A stretch of DNA of 64,000 nucleotides from Chiloscyllium plagiosum (taxonomy: Eukaryota): the NCBI RefSeq assembly GCF_004010195.1, contig NC_057755.1, forward strand, positions 2,415,474 to 2,479,473. Direction: 5' to 3'. The notes under the pieces are model-generated. The model had not been told where the DNA came from. It saw only the letters and a program-made list of their open reading frames with translations, and ran no database searches. Made by a program: the position numbers and the translations under genes. This document shows, piece by piece, positions 59,301-64,000 of this stretch; position 1 is the stretch's first letter; each line of letters starts with the position of its first letter.

Positions 59301-62300
59301 CACTCTTGCTCACCGAGCCCAAACTCCCCTTGCTGTGTGTACACTCCACCTAACACGGCCCACTCCACCCTGTTTAGGGTGTACACACCTCCTAAACTAG
59401 CCCCCTGTGCCGAGCTTACTCTCCCCCTCACTGGACCCACTCTCCGCTGTGCTGAACGCATGCTCCCCCTAACCGGCCACTCTCCCCTGTGCTGGGTGTA
59501 CACTCCTCCTCACTGAGCCCACTCTCCCTTTTCTGGGTGTACACTTCCCCTCACCGGGCCCACTCTCCCCTGTGCTGGATTTATAATCCTCCTCACCAGG
59601 CCCACTCACCCCTGTGCTGTGTGCACCATCCTCCTCACCGCACCCACTCTCCCCTGTGCTTGGTGTACACTCCTACTCACCGGGCCCATTTACCCCTGTG
59701 TGGGTGTACACCTCTCCTCAACGGGCCCACTCCCCTGTGCTGTGCGTACACTCCTCCTCACAGGGGCCACTCTCCCTTGTGCAGTGTGTTCACTCCTCCT
59801 CACCGGGCCCTCTGAGCCCCTGTGCTGGGCGTACACTCCTCCTCACCGGGCCTACTCTCCACTGTGCTGGGCATACACTCCATCTCACCAGGCCCCACTC
59901 TCCCATGTGCTGGCTGTACACTCCATCTCACCGGGCCCTCTCTCCCCTCTACTGGGCGTGCACTCCTCCTCACTGGGCCCAATCTCCCCTGTGCTGGGTG
60001 TACAATACCCCTCACTGGGCCTACTCTCCCCTGTCTTGCGTGGACACACCCCCTCACCAGGCCCACTCTCCCCTGTGCTGGGTGTACACCCCTCCTCATC
60101 GGGCCCACTCTCCCTTGTGCTGGGTGTACACCCCTCCTCACCGGACCCACTCTCCCCTGTGCTGGGCGTACACTTCTCATCACCGGAACCACTCTCCCTT
60201 GTGCTGGGTGTATCCTCCCCCTCACCGTGCCCACTCTCCCCTGTGCTGGGTGCATACTCCTTCTCACCGGGCCCGCTCTCCCCTTAGCTCGATGTGCGAA
60301 CCCCCTCACCGGGCCCACTCTCCCCTGTGCTGGGTGAACACTCACCCTCACTGGTCCCACTCTTCCCTGTGCTGGGTATACACTCCCCCTCACCGTTCCC
60401 ACTTTCCCCTGTGCTGGACGTACACCCCTCCTCACCAGGCCCACTCCCCCTTGTGCTGTGTGTACACCACTCCTTCACTGTGCTGGGTGTACTCTCCTCT
60501 TCATCGGGCCAGTCTACCCTGTGCTGGGTGTGCACTCCTCCTCACCGGGCCCACTCCACCATGTGCTGGTTGTACACTCCATCTCACCGGGCCCTCTCTC
60601 CCTTCTATTGGGCGTACACACCTCCTCACCGGGCCCATACTCCCCTGTGCTGTGTGTACAATCCCCTCACCGGGCCTACTCTCCCATGTCTTTGGTGTAC
60701 ACACCCCCTCACCAGGCCCACTCTTCCCTGTGCTGGGTGTACACTCCTCCTCACCGGGCACACTCTCCCCTGTGCTGGGTTTAAACTCCACCTCACCGGG
60801 CGCACTCTCCCATGTGCTGGTTGTACGTTCCATCTCACCGGGCCCTCTCTCCCCTGTACTGTGCGTATACTCCTCCTCACCGGGCCCACTCTCCCATGTG
60901 CTCGGTGTACACTCCCCCTCACCCAGCCCACTCTCCCTTGTGCTGGGTGTATCCTCCCCCTCACCACGCCCACTCTCCCCTGTGCTGGTTGTACACTCCA
61001 TCTCACAGGGCCCAGTCTCCCATGTGCTGGGTGTACACTCCTTCTCACTGGGCACACTCCCCCTGTGCTGGATGTGCAATCCCCCTCATCAGGCCTACTC
61101 TCCCCTGTCTTGCGTGTACACTCCTCCTCACTGAGCCCACTCTCCCCTGTGCTGGGCGTACACTCCCCCTCACCGTGCCCACTCTCTCTCCTGTGCTATG
61201 TGTACACTCCCCCGAACCGGACCCACTCTCCTCTGTGCTGTGTGTACACCCGTCCTCACCGGGCCCACTCTCCCCTCTGCTGGCTGTACACACCTCGTCA
61301 CCAGGCCCCATCTCCCCTGTGCTGGGTCGACACTCACCCTCACCGGTCCCACTCTCCCCAGTGCTGGGTGTACACCCCTCCTCACCGGGCCCACTCTCCC
61401 CTGTGCCGGGTGTACACCCTTCCTCACCGGGCCCCCTCTCCTCTGTGCTGGGTGTGTACACCCCTCCTCACCGGGCCCACTCTCCCCTGTGCCGGGTGTA
61501 CACCCCTCCTCAGCCGGGCCCCCTCTCCTCTGTGCTGGGTGTACACCCCTCCTCACCGGCCAACTCTTCCCTGTGGTGGGTGTGTAATCCCCCTCACCGC
61601 GCACAATCTCCCCTGTGCTGTGTGTACAATACCCCTCACCGGGCCTACTCTCCCCTGTCTTGGGTGTACATCCCCCTCACCAGGCCCACTCTTCCCTGTA
61701 CTGGGTGTACACCCCTCCACATCAGGCCCACTCTCCCCTGCGCTGTCTATACACTCCACCTCACCGGGGCCACATTCCCCTGTGCTGGGTGTATACCCAT
61801 CCTCCCCGTCCCTCTCTCCCCTGTGTTGGGTAAACTCTCCTCCTCACTGGCACAATCTCCACTGTGCTGTGTGTACACTCCCCCTCACTGGGCCCACTCT
61901 ACACTGTGTTGGCTGTACTCATCTCCTAACCGATCCCACTCTCCCCTGTGCTCGGTATACTCCCCACATCACCGTGCCCACACTCCCCTGTGCTGGGTGT
62001 ACACTCACCCTTACCAGTCCTACTGTCCACTGTGCTGGGTGTACACTCCCCCTCACCGGTCCCACATTCCACTGTGCTGGGTGTACACCCTTTCTCACTG
62101 GGGCCCACACTCCTTTGTGCTGGGTGTACACCCCACCTCACCAGGCGCACTCCCCCTGTGCTGTGTGTACACTCCTCCTCTCCGGACCCACTCTCCCCTG
62201 TGTTGGGTGTACAATCCTCCTCACCGGGCCTACTCTCCCCTGTCTTGGATGTACACTCCCCCTCACCAGGCCCACTCTCCCCTCTACTGTGTGTACACCC

Positions 62301-64000
62301 CTCCACATCGTGCCCACTCTCACCTGCGCTGGGTGAACACTCTTGCTCACCGGGCCCCATCTCCCCTTGCTGTGTGTACACTCCACCTAACACGGCCCAC
62401 TCCACCCTGTTTAGGGTGTACACACCTCCTAAACTAGCCCCCTGTGCCGAGCTTACTCTCCCCCTCACCGGACCCACTTTCCGCTATGCTGAACGCATAC
62501 TCCCCCTAACCGGGGCCACTCTCCCCTGTGCTGGGTGTACACTCCAACTCACTGAGCCCACTCTCCCTTTTTCTGGGTGTAAACTTCCCCTCACCGGGCC
62601 CACTCTCCCCTGTGCTGNNNNNNNNNNNNNNNNNNNNNNNNNNNNNNNNNNNNNNNNNNNNNNNNNNNNNNNNNNNNNNNNNNNNNNNNNNNNNNNNNNN
62701 NNNNNNNNNNNNNNNNNNNNNNNNNNNNNNNNNNNNNNNNNNNNNNNNNNNNNNNNNNNNNNNNNNNNNNNNNNNNNNNNNNNNNNNNNNNNNNNNNNNN
62801 NNNNNNNNNNNNNNNNNNNNNNNNNNNNNNNNNNNNNNNNNNNNNNNNNNNNNNNNNNNNNNNNNNNNNNNNNNNNNNNNNNNNNNNNNNNNNNNNNNNN
62901 NNNNNNNNNNNNNNNNNNNNNNNNNNNNNNNNNNNNNNNNNNNNNNNNNNNNNNNNNNNNNNNNNNNNNNNNNNNNNNNNNNNNNNNNNNNNNNNNNNNN
63001 NNNNNNNNNNNNNNNNNNNNNNNNNNNNNNNNNNNNNNNNNNNNNNNNNNNNNNNNNNNNNNNNNNNNNNNNNNNNNNNNNNNNNNNNNNNNNNNNNNNN
63101 NNNNNNNNNNNNNNNNNNNNNNNNNNNNNNNNNNNNNNNNNNNNNNNNNNNNNNNNNNNNNNNNNNNNNNNNNNNNNNNNNNNNNNNNNNNNNNNNNNNN
63201 NNNNNNNNNNNNNNNNNNNNNNNNNNNNNNNNNNNNNNNNNNNNNNNNNNNCCCTCACCAGGCCCACTCTTCCCTGTACTGGGTGTACACCCCTCCACAT
63301 CAGGCCCACTCTCCCCTGTGCTGTCTATACACTCCACCTCACCGGGGCCACTTTCCCCTGTGCTGGGGGTACACCCCTCCTCCCCGTCCCTCTCTCCCTT
63401 GTGTTGGGTAAACTCTCCCCCTCACTGGCACAATCTCCACTGTGCTGTGTGTACACTCCCCCTCATTGGCCCACTCTACACTGTGTTGGGTGTACTCACC
63501 TCCTAATCGATCCCACTCTCCCCTGTGCTCGGTATATTCCCCACCTCACCGTGCCCGCACTCCCCTGTGCTGGGTGTACACTCACCCTTACCAGTCCTAC
63601 TCTCCACTGTGCTGGTTGTACACTCCCCCTCACCGGTCCCACTTTCCACTGTGCTGGGTGTACACCCTTTCTCACTGGGGCCCACACTCCTTTGTGCTGT
63701 GTGTACACCCCACCTCACCGGGCCCACTCCCCCTGTGCTGTGTGTACACTCCTCCTCTCCGGACTCACTCTCCCCTGTGCTGAATGTACACTCCTCCTCT
63801 CAGGGTCCACTCTCCCCTGTGCTTGGTGTACACTCCTCCTCACCGGGCCCATTTACCCCTGTGCTCCGTGTACACCTCTCCTCAATGGGCCCACTGTCCC
63901 CTGTGCTGGGTGAACACTCACCCTCACTGCTCCCACTCTTCCCTGTGCTGGGTCTCCACTCCCCCTCACCGGTCCCACTTTCCCCTGTGCTGGACGTACA

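Larger units (their letters stand above)
50523..64000 (+). repeat. 42-bp tandem satellite, consensus CTCCCCTGTGCTGGGTGTACACTCCTCCTCACCGGGCCCACT
   Basis: 42-bp periodicity gives 14-aa repeats in several frames (CAGCTLLLTGPTLP, VLGVHSSSPGPLSP, CWVYTPPHRAHSPL). It runs off the window end. Confidence 0.97.

Noticed and set aside
50447..63913. Dozens of 100-700-aa mucin-, keratin-associated- or collagen-like ORFs
   Set aside because: They arise from a 42-bp unit without stops. They overlap in several frames, shift frame frequently and show no splice or gene structure.

Overview
This is eukaryotic, repeat-rich DNA from a cartilaginous fish. HE1-type V-SINEs, HER1/CR1 LINEs and a GPR139-like gene point to a shark, possibly a bamboo-shark-like species (inference). 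Only one credible protein-coding gene is present: a two-exon class A GPCR of the GPR139/GPR142-like group (join 2291..2357,7552..8432; 315 aa; + strand). The rest is decayed CR1/L2 LINEs, tRNA-derived SINEs, Penelope-like element (PLE) fragments (some with hammerhead-like cores), a 54-bp minisatellite and three large satellites with 44-, 33- and 42-bp units. The 33- and 42-bp satellites produce most of the long spurious ORFs in the track. Positions 11094-26419 and 26920-45919 form a giant imperfect inverted duplication. Its right arm is exactly 19,000 bp and sits between two exactly 500-N gaps, so it is more likely a scaffolding or haplotig product than a real palindrome. Several small templated or fold-back insertions lie inside the satellites. 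I found no convincing new multi-gene system. Repeat family names come from memory of consensus sequences, and boundaries of decayed elements are approximate.
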